A stretch of 64,000 bases of DNA from Macrostomum hystrix (Eukaryota > Animalia > Platyhelminthes), in assembly GCA_950097015.1 (NCBI GenBank), contig CATNEN010000010.1, positions 3,100,001-3,164,000 of the forward strand. The letters run 5' to 3'. The notes beneath the pieces are model-generated. The model searched no databases and was not told the DNA's origin. It saw only the letters and a list, made by a program, of their open reading frames with translations. The translations under genes and the position numbers were made by a program. The stretch's first letter is position 1; every line of letters begins with the position of its first letter. Positions 13,235 to 25,568 of the stretch are shown here, in pieces.

Positions 13235-14536
13235 CAGGGGTAGGCAAACTTATTTGCTGGCGGGCCAAAGAGAGAACCTAAAAGACGACAGCGGGCCGCA
13301 TTGACTGTATAAATATGAGATAGGGGAGAGATGAGACACGGGAGAGAAAAGACACGGGAGAGATTAGACACGGGAGAGATGAGACACGGGAGAGATGAGA
13401 CACGAGAGCGATGAGACACAGGAGAGAAAAGACACGGGAGAGATAGGACACGGGAGAGATAATACACGGGAGATATGAGACACAGGAGAGATAGGACACG
13501 GGAGAGATAGGACACGGGAGAGATAGGACACGGGAGAGATAAGACACGGGAAAGATGAGACACGGGAGAGATGACACACGAGAGCGATGAGACACAGGAG
13601 AGAAAAGACACGGGAGAGATAGGACACGGGTGAAATAAGACACGGGAGAGATAGGACACGGGAGAGATAAGACACGGGAAAGATGAGACACGGGAGAGAT
13701 TAGACACGAGAGCGATGAGACACAGGAGAGATGAGACACGGGAGAGATGAGACACAGGAGAGATTAGAAACGGGAGAGATTAGACACGGGAGAGATAAGA
13801 CACGAGAGAGATGAGACACGGGAGAGATAGGACACGGGAGAGATAAGACACGGGAGAGATGAGACACGGGAGAGATGAGACACGAGAGCGATGAGACACA
13901 GGAGAGATTAGATACGAGAGCGATGAGACACGGGAGAGATGAGACACGGGAGAGATGAGACACGAGAGCGATGAGACACAGGAGAGAAAAGACACGGGAG
14001 AGATAAGACACGGGAGAGATGAGACACAGGAGAGATAGGACACGGGAGAGATAGGACACGGGAGAGATAAGACATGGGAGAGATGAGACACGGGAGAGAT
14101 GAGACACGAGAGCGATGAGACACAGGAGAGAAAAGACACGGGAGAGATAGGACACGGGTGAGATAAGACACGGGAGAGATGAGACACGGGAGAGATGAGA
14201 CACGAGAGCGATGAGACACAGGAGAGAAAAGACACGGGAGAGATAGGACACGGGAGAGATAAGACACGGGAGAGATGAGACAGGGGAGAGATGAGACACG
14301 AGAGCGATGAGACACGGGAGAGATTAGACACGGGAGAGATGAGGCACAGGAGAGATTAGACACGGGAGAGATTAGACACGCGAGCGATGAGACACAGGAG
14401 AGATTAGACACGGGAGAGATTAGACACGAGAGAGATGAAACAGGACTGCACTGTAGATGTCAGAAGGGGCAACGGGCCGGATTTGGGAGCTTCGAGGGCC
14501 GCATCTGGCCCGCGGGCCGGAGTTTGCCGACCCCTG
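13235..14536. mobile_element. Non-autonomous hAT (Charlie-like) DNA transposon carrying an internal minisatellite
   Basis: TIRs CAGGGGTAGGCAAACT / AGTTTGCCGACCCCTG, subterminal GCGGGCC/GGCCCGC motifs, and a perfect 8-bp TSD CTCTACAC at 13227-13234 and 14537-14544. Confidence 0.9.
13316..14440. repeat. 16-bp purine-rich minisatellite (GAGACACGGGAGAGAT) inside the hAT element
   Basis: Tandem array with recurring variants. Confidence 0.95.
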
Positions 14537-14978
14537 CTCTACACGATGCTCTCACAGGCAGACAGCTGTTCTGTCTAGCCTCCCCTCACTTTTGTCTTTG
14601 ATCTCTCTCCCCGCCCCGCCTTCTGATTGGTCCGTAGCTGAATTCTCTTACCCTTCCAAGTCACGCACCCACCCCTCCTCTTGTCTTATCGTACGCCACC
14701 CCTCCTGTTAGAGCCAGCGAATACCAGCGTGACCTATTGGCAGGTATATTCAATAGGTAATTTATTTATTATTTGTCGGTATACACGAAGCAGAAACAAA
14801 AATCTCAATAGGAAAAAAATTCGCGTGAATAAACTACTAAGGAAACGTACTGTTCCGTACAAATGTACAGTCAGAAAAATGTACTTATCGCAGTTTGAAA
14901 AGCGAAAAAAAACCTGATAAAATTCCCATAAAAGTTTTCCTCAGCAAAGCTAGCGGCCCCGATCAGGTCAGTGAATTA

Positions 14979-16769
14979 TCACACAAAAAACCCCAGCCCT
15001 GAGCTCAACTCCGCAGGGCAGACGGCCCGCAGCGGCTGCAGCAGCTCGCCGATCAGCCGCTTGGCCGCCGACTCGGCCGAGTCGTCCAGCCGCACGAGCC
15101 TGTCATCGGCTGCCGGCCCCAGCTGCGCCGACGGGTCGCCGAGGCTCGGCCCGCCGTCGCCGAGGTGCAGCCGCCAGATCCGGTGCCGCTCAGTGTGCAG
15201 GACGGTCAGGAGTTCGCGTCTGGCCTGCTCGGAGGGGCACTCATCGAGGCGGAAGTCGCCGAAGCTGGCGTCGGTGCTGAGCAAGAGCAGCAGCTGGCAG
15301 GAGCGGGCCATGCCGGGGGCGAGTTGGCTCAGGCCGGCACGCAGGATGCGCAGGCGGCAGCGGCCTTGCAGGCGGCTGCGCAGCTGGACGGCCGCCCTGT
15401 GTCGAAGAAGCTCCGCGGAAGCCGCGATGAGCAGCAGCGGAGGCCGCGTTGACGACATCGACGCCGGAGGAAGTAGCCGCAGCAGCAGCAGCAGCAGCAG
15501 CAGTAGCAGCACTGAAATCAGAGGCAGGGTCAGTGGAGAGAAATCGGAACCCATATTCTGCGCCGTCAGTGGTTTTGCCGTGGTCGCAGTGTCCGCTGGG
15601 TCAGTCTCGGGACAGGCGTCCGCGACAGCGGAGCCGACGGCATTCAGCAGGTTGTGCTCGAAGTTATTCGACATGTCATCGTCGGCGAGCCAGTAAACTT
15701 TTTTGTACTGAAGGATTAAAAAAAAAGTCTAAATGTTGTGTGCCGTTTTTAGTTAATAAGCCTTATGGTAACCATGGTAACTAGAGACTCGCTACAAAGC
15801 GCTACTCACCTTCTCAACTTTGAAAATGATGTAATCCTTTTTTCCTCTGCTTGGAGGCATCATGCTCACGTCCTGTTTGATCACCCAGCCGGCAGTCTAG
15901 GTGGAGATTCGGTTTATTATTTTTGTTATAACAGCTCGCTGGTTTGATAATTCAATGTGGTCAGTGAGCAGCCGAACTCACCTGATTGGTTCCGCCGCCC
16001 TGAATGCCCACCTCGGCGTATTCATGGCTCTGGTCGAAGTTCAGCTCGAAGCGGGCCGAGCCGCAGCCGAGCTGGCCGACCGTGAGACCGCTGCAGACGC
16101 TGTCGCTCGACCTGCTCAGGCAGCTGACGTTGTCGAAGCCGATCTGGACGAGGCAGCTTTTGGGCTCAGGAGGAGAGCCGAGCAGCCTGAGGTGAGCTCG
16201 CCTGACGCACACGGACTGGTTGCACAGACGCTGCCGGTGGAACTTCTCGGCGAGAACCGCCACCGAGGCCGATCGTGAGGCATCGAATTTCAGCAGCAGC
16301 TTCAGCCGCAGCAGCCGGCTGCTTCGCCGTGGCAAGCCGCACAGGTTGAACAGTTTGACGGAGCCTTTCTCTTGCGCAAATTTAATATATTCGATGAGCT
16401 TCACAGCCAGGCAGTCGGTGGACTCGATGCTGCCGAGGTCCAGGTCCATTGTAGTCCAGCTGAGATGGCCCCCACCGCTTCTATTCAAGAGCGTGGAGGT
16501 CAGCGGGCTGGCAGATTTCGAATCCTTGGCTGCCAGGCAGTAGGTGCACTCTTCGGATAATGAGAGAAGTCACCATTATGTAATAAACTTAACACAATAC
16601 GCAATACACGCTACTCTCAGTGCATGCTGCGAATATTTCTTTAATTTACCAGCTTGCCTTCCACAAAATACTCAATTAGAAATGGCTAAAAGAATCGCCT
16701 ACCTGACACACTGCCGCTCAGCACTGAGCAGTCATTTTGGAATGAGCAGTTCGATGAGACACTATTCAC
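14979..16769 (-). CDS. Type I membrane receptor-like protein: Cys-rich ectodomain, TM segment and SEFIR/TIR-like cytoplasmic domain (IL-17-receptor-like). Supported exons 16769-16703, 16550-15982, 15896-15810, 15707-14979; 5' exons probably extend to 20984
   Basis: Four exons join in phase through canonical sites (CAG|GTAGGC, CAG|GTGAGT, AAG|GTGAGT; acceptors CGCAG, CGAAG, CCTAG, TTCAG). TM segment LPLISVLLLLLLLLLLRLL. The tail RPPLLLIAASAELLRHRAAVQLRSRLQ...CQLLLLLS...ARRELLTVL resembles the SEFIR/TIR betaA-alphaA, betaC and alphaC elements. Confidence 0.6.
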
Positions 16770-16825
16770 CTGCGGTCAGGAAAGGGCGATTCAGGGGCGT
16801 TGTTGGTTGGTTGGTGTCCTCTCTC

Positions 16826-19060
16826 CGATTCCTTCTCCCCTCTATCCCATTCCTTCTCCCCTCTATCCCATTCCTACTCCCCTTCATCCCATTCCTTCTC
16901 CCCTCTATCCCATTCCTTCTCCCCTCTATCCCATTCCTTCTCCCCTCTATCCCATTCCTACTCCCCTTCATCCCATTCCTACTCCCCTCTATCCCATTCC
17001 TACTCCCCTCTATCCCATTCCTTTTCCCCTCTACCCCATTCCTACTCCCCTCTATCCCATTCCTACTCCCCTTCATCCCATTCCTACTCCCCTCCATCCC
17101 ATTCCTACTCCCCTCTATCCCATTCCTTTTCCCCTCTACCCCATTCCTACTCCCCTCTACCCCATTCCTACTCCCCTCTATCCCATTCCTACTCCCCTCT
17201 ATCCCATTCCTTTTCCCCTCTATCCCATTCCTTCTCCCCTCTATCCCATTCCTACTCCCCTCTATCCCATTCCTTCTCCCCTCTATCCCATTCCTACTCC
17301 CCTCTATCCCATTCCTTCTCCCCTCTATCCCATTCCTACTCCCCTCTACCCCATTCCTTTTCCCCTCTACCCCATTCCTACTCCCCTCTACCCCATTCCT
17401 ACTCCCCTCTATCCCATTCCTACTCCCCTCTATCCCATTCCTACTCCCCTCTATCCCATTCCTACTCCCCTCTATCCCATTCCTTCTCCCCTCTATCCCA
17501 TTCCTACTCCCCTCTATCCCATTCCTACTCCCCTCTATCCCATTCCTACTCCCCTCTATCCGATTCCTTCTCCCCTCTATCCCATTCCTTCTCCCCTCTA
17601 TCTCATTCCTACTCCCCTCTACCCCATTCCTACTCCCCTCTATCCCATTCCTACTCCCCTCTATCCCATTCCTTCTCCCCTCTATCCCATTCCTACTCCC
17701 CTCTATCCCATTCCTTCTCCCCTCTATCCCATTCCTACTCCCCTCTATCCCATTCCTACTCCCCTCTATCCCATTCCTACTCCCCTCTATCCGATTCCTT
17801 CTCCCCTCTATCCCATTCCTTCTCCCCTCTATCTCATTCCTACTCCCCTCTATCCCATTCCTACTCCCCTCTATCCCATTCCTACTCCCCTCTATCCCAT
17901 TCCTACTCCCCTCTATCCCATTCCTTCTCCCCTCTATCCCATTCCTACTCCCCTCTATCCCATTCCTACTCCCCTCTATCCCATTCCTACTCCCCTCCAT
18001 CCCATTCCTACTCCCCTCTATCCCATTCCTACTCCCCTCTATCCCATTCCTACTCCCCTCTACCCCATTCCTTTTCCCCTCTATCCCATTCCTACTCCCC
18101 TCTATCCCATTCCTACTCCCCTCTATCCCATTCCTACTCCCCTCTATCCCATTCCTACTCCCCTCCATCCCATTCCTACTCCCCTTCATCCCATTCCTAC
18201 TCCCCTCTACCCCATTCCTTTTCCCCTCTATCCCATTCCTACTCCCCTCTATCCCATTCCTACTCCCCTCTACCCCATTCCTACTCCCCTCTACCCCATT
18301 CCTTTTCCCCTCTACCCCATTCCTTTTCCCCTCTATCCCATTCCTACTCCCCTCTACCCCATTCCTTTTCCCCTCTATCCCATTCCTACTCCCCTCCATC
18401 CCATTCCTACTCCCCTCCATCCCATTCCTACTCCCCTCTACCCCATTCCTTTTCCCCTCTACCCCATTCCTTTTCCCCTCTATCCCATTCCTACTCCCCT
18501 CCATCCCATTCCTTTTCCCCTCTACCCCATTCCTACTCCCCTCTACCCCATTCCTACTCCCCTCTATCCCATTCCTACTCCCCTCTATCCCATTCCTACT
18601 CCCCTCTATCCCATTCCTACTCCCCTCTATCCCATTCCTTCTCCCCTCTATCCCATTCCTTCTCCCCTCTATCCCATTCCTACTCCCCTCTATCCCATTC
18701 CTACTCCCCTCTATCCCATTCCTACTCCCCTCTATCCCATTCCTACTCCCCTCTATCCCATTCCTTCTCCCCTCTATCCCATTCCTTCTCCCTTCTCTCC
18801 CATCCCTTCTCCCCTTTATCTCATTCCTAATCCACTCTGTCCGATTCTTTTTCCCCTCTGTCCCATTCCTACTCCCCTCTGTCCCATTCCTACTCCCCTC
18901 TATCCCATTCCTTCTCCCCTCTATCCCATTCCTTCTCGCCTTTATCCTATTCCTTCTCCCCTTTATCCCATTCCTTCTCCCCTTTATCCCATTCCTTCTC
19001 CCCTCTATCCCATTCCTTCTCCTCTTTATCCCATTCCTTCTCCCTTCTCTCCCATTCCTA
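16826..19060. repeat. 21-bp pyrimidine-rich minisatellite (CCCATTCCTACTCCCCTCTAT), probably intronic in the receptor gene
   Basis: About 2.2 kb tandem array. Confidence 0.97.
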
Positions 19061-19639
19061 TTCTTTATTCCTCGGCCAACAGGCCACAGCCCACATTTAG
19101 ACACGAAGTAGGGGCAAAATCTGAGCACATCTTGGCGAAACTTCGAACGCCTCCTCATCTCATTGTGATTCGCTTTCAGTCCAATTGCTCAATAATTAGG
19201 GATCCGAATTTGTTGACCATAAACCAGCGCATTGTGAACAGACAGGTGCACAAGAATTTGAGAGTTTCTTTCCATTAGCTAGCTATGATAGTATGTGCGA
19301 GTATTGTCCCACTGACTCGCTCTAATTAGCCAAGATCTTGATAAAATACGCGTCCCAGCCAGGACCCGGATGCAAGTGGGGGGCTGTTGAGCCCCATTGT
19401 GCCGATTGTAAACACTGGGAAGCAGACTGAACTATTCACTTTAGAAATTGGAGCTGAACTTCTTGAACGGGGAAAAATTCCCACAAACAAAGCACGAGTC
19501 GGTGGGCTTGATATTGTTAAAAATAAAAGCTAGTCAGAGGCCCTACACTCATTGTCAGTATGGTTCTTTGCATGCCAATACGCACAGACAGGATAATGCA
19601 TTTACAAATGCACACCTAACGATGCTGGCGAACCTAACG

Positions 19640-19940
<301 letters not shown>

Positions 19941-20365
19941 ACGACAAGTTGTGCTGAAGGAGCCAAGGTGCTGTTAATTCATTTCCTTTACTTTTCCTGA
20001 TAGATGATTGTTGCACAAGTGAAATTCTGAAACTTTGTTCGCACAGTTTACAAAGCCCACTGCGCGAGCTGAGTTTGCGGTGTTTTGTGGCGGCTGTGCC
20101 GATTCGCATGTTTTATCTGTCATCTGGCTCGCTATCACTTGATAACTGCTTGTTTGTCTAAAGAAATATTTATCTGCATCTCCTAGCAGCGGGCCCCGCT
20201 AAACCAGCAATCAGTTCCATCGCGCACAGAGCACAGAAACGAGAGTCACTCTTCGCTTCCTGCTTCCCTGGTGACCCCACATGACACAGCCCTGGATTCT
20301 GAAACCGGAGCGACCGATACTGGAAACTGTGCGGGTCGGAATCTTGGCTTTCAAGAAGAATCGCT

Positions 20366-20875
20366 CCAAGCCACAAGAAGAATCAGCCCAAAGAGAATCG
20401 GCCCAAGGAGAATCAGCCCAATGTGAATCGCCCCGAAGAGAATCGCCCCAAGGAAAATAGCTCTAAGCCAAGGGAGAATCGCCCCAAGGAGAGTTGCCCA
20501 AATGAGAATCGGCCCAGGGCGAGTTGCCCAAATGAGAATCGCCCCAAGGAGAGTTGCCCAAATGAGAATCGGCCCAAGGCGAGTTGCCCCAAGGAGAATC
20601 GGCCTAAAGAGAATCGGCCCTAGGAGAATCGGCCCAACTAGAGTTGCCCCAAGGGGAATCGCACCAAGGAGAATCGTACCAAGGAGAATCGTCCCACGAA
20701 TCGCTCGAATGAGAATCGCTCCAAGCCCTAAAGAAAATCGGCACCAAGGAGAGACGCAACTAGTGGAACCGCTCCAATTAGAAGAATCGCTCGAAGAAAA
20801 GGAGAATCGCCCCAAGGAGAATCGCCCCAAGGAGAATCGCACCAAGGAGAATCGCACCAAGGAGAATCTCTCTAA
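20366..20875. repeat. Degenerate 15-bp minisatellite (GGAGAATCGCCCCAA)
   Basis: Degenerate tandem units lying directly after a GTGAGT donor on the minus strand, so probably intronic. Confidence 0.85.
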
Positions 20876-20921
20876 AGAGAGTCGCAATTTCGAAAGTTAA
20901 GATTGCTCCCCACAAACTCAC

Positions 20922-20984
20922 GCTGCAGTCGTTCTCTGAAGTTGCCAGACAGCAGAAGGCAGTCAACAGCAGCAGAGTCAGCAT
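20922..20984 (-). CDS. Signal-peptide exon (MLTLLLLTAFCCLATSENDCS), probable first coding exon of the receptor gene; alternative ATG at 21041
   Basis: Hydrophobic leader ending at AGC|GTGAGT (phase 0). Candidate linking exons near 20345-20250 and 20158-19990 are open but were not confidently resolved. Confidence 0.45.
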
Positions 20985-21269
20985 CAGAAGGTCGGCAGTC
21001 AGTTGATAACGGCCACGGCCGCAGAAAGCCTTGGCGCGCATGCTTGGCTTCTTTAGCAGTACAAATCAACTGATGTATTTAACACACTAGATTCTCTTTG
21101 CACCTGCCAGCCAGTGTGCACCTTTATATTAGCAGCAGGCAGTTCGTCATTTTTCATTGGCTGGGCGCCGCCCCCTCAAAACAGTCCAGGCTTCAATCCC
21201 TTCATCACAGGCAATTTAAACTGCACACGCCATAATGCTTATTTCCAACACAAACACGTTGCACCTGAT

Positions 21270-22517
21270 ATGTTAGTGATCTCAAAACCTCATTGATAGA
21301 TCAGTGATCTCAAAACATCATTGATAGATCAGCGATCTCAAAACCTCATTGATAGATCAATGATCTCCGAATCTCGTTGATAGATCAGTGATCTCTGAAT
21401 CTCGTTGATAGATCAGTGATCTCCGAATCTCGTTGATAGATCAGTGATCTCTGAATCTCGTTGATAGATCAGTGATCTCTGAATCTCGTTGATAGATCAA
21501 TGATCTCCGAATCTCGTTGATAGATCAGTGATCTCTGAATCTCGTTGATAGATCAGTGATCTCTGAATCTCGTTGATAGATCAGTGATCTCTGAATCTCG
21601 TTGATAGATCAATGATCTCCGAATCTCGTTGATAGATCAGTGATCTCTGAATCTCGTTGATAGATCAATGATCTCCGAATCTCGTTGATAGATCAGTGAT
21701 CTCCGAATCTCGTTGATAGATCAATGATATCCGAATCTCGTTGATAGATCAGTGATCTCTGAATCTCGTTGATAGATCAGTGATCTCCGAATCTCGTTGA
21801 TAGATCAGTGATCTCTGAATCTCGTTGCTAGATCAATGATCTCCGAATCCCGTTGATAGATCAGTGATCTCTGAATCTCGTTGCTAGATCAATGATCTCC
21901 GAATCCCGTTGATAGATCAGTGATCTCTGAATCTCGTTGATAGATCAATGATCTACGAATCTCGTTGATAGATCAGTGATCTCCGAATCTCGTTGATAGA
22001 TCAGTGATCTCCGAATCTCGTTGATAGATCAGTGATCTCTGAATCTCGTTGCTAGATCAATGATCTCCGAATCCCGTTGATAGATCAGTGATCTCTGAAT
22101 CTCGTTGCTAGATCAATGATCTCCGAATCCCGTTGATAGATCAGTGATCTCTGAATCTCGTTGATAGATCAGTGATCTCCGAATCTCGTTGATAGATCAG
22201 TGATCTCCGAATCTCGTTGATAGATCAGTGATCTCTGAATCTCGTTGCTAGATCAATGATCTCCGAATCCCGTTGATAGATCAGTGATCTCTGAATCTCG
22301 TTGCTAGATCAATGATCTCCGAATCCCGTTGATAGATCAGTGATCTCCGAATCTCGTTGATAGATCAGTGATCTCCGAATCTCGTTGATAGATCAGTGAT
22401 CTCTGAATCTCGTTGCTAGATCAATGATCTCCGAATCCCGTTGATAGATCAGTGATCTCTGAATCTCGTTGCTAGATCAATGATATCCGAATCTCGTTGA
22501 TAGATCAGTGATCTCAA
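21270..22517. repeat. 28-bp minisatellite (GATAGATCAGTGATCTCTGAATCTCGTT)
   Basis: Tandem array; the unit contains the palindrome AGATCA-G-TGATCT. Confidence 0.96.
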
Positions 22518-22962
22518 ACCTCATGTAAATGTGTGTGTTTATTTACAGCCGATTGTATATCGTAACCAACATTATCAACAAGTGTGTATGCGTTTGTGTC
22601 TACATGTAACATGTATTAGCCATACTCGTGCTAAATGTGTCAAAGCCGATTATTTTTGTTCGCAGATGTTTAGCTCATGACTTTGACGCGAGAAAATAAT
22701 CTGCTACGGATGAAGGATGCAACGAAAATAAATATGCTGATACATTTGACGCACTTGGAAATTGTCAAGCTTGCCCCAACAAGCGAGAAATAAATCGTAG
22801 TTTAAAAAGGAAATTCTAAGTGGCTGTGAAAGCCGCGTGACAGTGTTTACAAAGCCCATAAGATGTAAAAAGATAATCGACAAGTTTCTAAAAATGGCTT
22901 AGTCACCATTTTAAAGTTGCATAGGAAGAGCCGTGACTGAACAGAAAGAATCAGAGAGAAAT

Positions 22963-23344
22963 AGAATCAGAGGAAAGCAGCTACCCAAGGGAGAATCAGA
23001 GGAAAGCAGCTACCCAAGGGAGAATCAGAGGAAAGCAGCTACCCAAGTGGAGAATCAGAGGAAAGCAGCTACCCAAGGGAGAATCAGAGGAAAGCAGCTA
23101 CCCAAGTGGAGAATCAGAGGAAAGCAGCTACCCAAGTGGAGAATCAGAGGAAAGCAGCTACCCAAGTGGAGAATCAGAGGAAAGCAGCTACCCAAGTGGA
23201 GAATCAGAGAAAAGCAGCTACCCAAGTGGAGAATCAGAGAAAAGCAGCTACCCAAGTGGAGAATCAGAGGAAAGCAGCTACCCAAGGGAGAATCAGAGGA
23301 AAGCAGCTACCCAAGGGAGAATCAGAGGAAAGCAGCTACCCAAA
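22963..23344. repeat. 30-bp minisatellite (GGAGAATCAGAGGAAAGCAGCTACCCAAGT)
   Basis: About 12 tandem copies downstream of RPL35A. Confidence 0.95.
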
Positions 23345-23540
23345 GAAAAAGAATGCCACAATGAGCACAAAAGCAGTTTTAATCCAAGTTCCAGATCAGC
23401 ACAGGCCAACAGAGGCGTGATGTCACTGCCTTGCTGCAGCACACGCAAACAGAGTATATTTAGACCCAGTCAGTCAGAACACACGAACACACGGGCCCAA
23501 AGCAAGGACAGATAGCAAACAATGCAAAGTCATAGGCTGC

Positions 23541-23924
23541 TCAGACACGGGACGGGTAGAGCATGACCCGGATTCGCTTGCCCATTGCGGCGGGCGGCAG
23601 GTTCGTGTTGAACTTGGCCCGCACAGCGCCCGAGTTGCCATGCGGCCGGGTCACCCGGCCCCAGATGACGCGAACTCGCGACTTCTCCTTGCCCTTGCCG
23701 GGCACAGGCGTCTGCCGCTTGCCCTTGTAGACGTAGGCGCACCGTTTGCCCAGGTAAAAGTCCACATTCTCGCGCTTTTCGACTCCATCGATGCGCAGCA
23801 GGGCGGTGTTTTCGTGCTGGTTGCGCAGGCCGCGCTTGTAGCCGGTGAACACGGCCTTCACGTACAGGCGGCCAGGGGACCGCAGCTTCAACGACTTCTT
23901 GGCGGCGGACTGTTCGGCAGACAT
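23541..23924 (-). CDS. RPL35A: 60S ribosomal protein L35a (eL33), single coding exon, 127 aa
   Basis: [28 protein letters not shown]...[12 protein letters not shown]...[21 protein letters not shown]...[19 protein letters not shown] is the L35a signature. ATG at 23924, preceded by a TTGCAG acceptor. Confidence 0.97.
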   Translation of the reverse strand: MSAEQSAAKKSLKLRSPGRLYVKAVFTGYKRGLRNQHENTALLRIDGVEKRENVDFYLGKRCAYVYKGKRQTPVPGKGKEKSRVRVIWGRVTRPHGNSGAVRAKFNTNLPPAAMGKRIRVMLYPSRV

Positions 23925-24006
23925 TGCGCTGCTGCTGCTGGGGTTGCTATTGCTGCAAGACGGCGTTTTTAGAGGGCCTTTAATTAATTTAGATATAAGC
24001 TCATTC

Positions 24007-24211
24007 ACACCTGTGCCTAGGATTGCAGATCCTATTGATACACCTGTGCCTAGGATTGCAGATCCTATTGATACACCTGTGCCTAGGATTGCAGATCCTA
24101 TTGATACACCTGTGCCTAGGATTGCAGATCCTATTGATACACCTGTGCCTAGGATTGCAGATCCTATTGATACACCTGTGCCTAGGATTGCAGATCCTAT
24201 TGATACACCCT
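24007..24211. repeat. 33-bp minisatellite (CACCTGTGCCTAGGATTGCAGATCCTATTGATA)
   Basis: About 6 copies upstream of the RPL35A acceptor. Confidence 0.95.
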
Positions 24212-24825
24212 ATTCAGGTGACCAAAATATGGACTGCGCAAAATTTCGAATGACTAGGTGAAAGCACCGAAGATAAATGGAAGCGCTTTTAAGCAACGGA
24301 GGCTCGCTGGCCAATAAAAATTTGTCGCTTTTTTAGTCTTCATGGCACAGTGCAAAGTAAATAAAAGTACAAGGATTACCATGTTAAGTATTCGTAAAAT
24401 GCTTTTCAAAAAATGGGCATGAAACACAATGTTCTGTACTTAAAATTTAGCAGCGAAAAGCGGTACCACAGAAGGAGTTATCGAGAAAAATGCGCAGCAC
24501 ATGTTACTGAGAGAGGATGACAGTAGTAGTTTAAGCATGCGCGATTAGTAGCAGTGTGGCAATATTTTCGAAAGATTCCACACTTTGAGAGGTGACGACA
24601 TGAAAGAATAAAATTACAGAATTAATTCGCAGAAAAGCGAGATCAAATGCTTAAATTTTAAATTATATAAACAATGTAAGAGGCCGAATTAAGCAAAATC
24701 ATATAAATACAGATATAATTGCGTTAAAAATGCAAGTCAGACAAGATGAACAAATATATATTTCATTAAAGTTTGCAAAGTTAAAAATGCATTTAGTGAA
24801 AACAGATAGCACTTAAGAAATTCAC

Positions 24826-25540
24826 AATGACCCAAGCTGATCCTGGATTAAATAATCCACAATGACCCAAGCTGATCCTGGATTAAATAATCCACAATGA
24901 TTCAAGCTGATCCTGGATTAAATAATCCACAATGACCCAAGCTGATCCTGGATTAAATAATCCACAATGACCCAAGCTGATCCTGGATTAAATAATCCAC
25001 AATGACCCAAGCTGATCCTGGATTAAATAATCCACAATGACCCAAGCTGATCCTGGATTAAATAATCCACAATGACCCAAGCTGATCCTGGATTAAATAA
25101 TCCACAATGACCCAAGCTGATCCTGGATTAAATAATCCACAATGACCCAAGCTGATCCTGGATTAAATAATCCACAATGACCCAAGCTGATCCTGGATTA
25201 AATAATCCACAATGACCCAAGCTGATCCTGGATTAAATAATCCACAATGACTCAAGCTGATCCTGGATTAAATAATCCACAATGACCCAAGCTGATCCTG
25301 GATTAAATAATCCACAATGACCCAAGCTGATCCTGGATTAAATAATCCACAATGACCCAAGCTGATCCTGGATTAAATAATCCACAATGACTCAAGCTGA
25401 TCCTGGATTAAATAATCCACAATGACCCAAGCTGATCCTGGATTAAATAATCCACAATGACTCAAGCTGATCCCGGATTAAATAATCCACAATGAACCAA
25501 GCTCATCCTGTAATAAATAATCCACAATGACCCAAGCTGA
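24826..25540. repeat. 35-bp minisatellite (AATGACCCAAGCTGATCCTGGATTAAATAATCCAC)
   Basis: About 20 copies starting ~30 bp after the ORC3 stop codon. Confidence 0.96.
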
Positions 25541-25568
25541 ACTGCACAGATCCGCATAGGCAAGTCCT

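Noticed and set aside
13213-14411. Multiple Cys/Ser/Leu-rich minus-strand ORFs
   Set aside because: They are products of the 16-bp array inside the hAT element; no transposase is encoded.
16544-19278. ORFs of 676-855 aa (PFLLPSI, YPIPTPL, RNGIEGS repeats)
   Set aside because: They come from the 21-bp minisatellite, which is a multiple of 3 and open in most frames; it lies in a probable intron.
20351-20900. ENRPK / RRIAP / FSLGR pentapeptide repeats as a possible neuropeptide precursor
   Set aside because: The array follows a strong GTGAGT donor. The frame continuing the signal peptide (DSPW repeats) hits stops, and there is no consistent G-KR processing pattern, so it is better explained as an intronic minisatellite.
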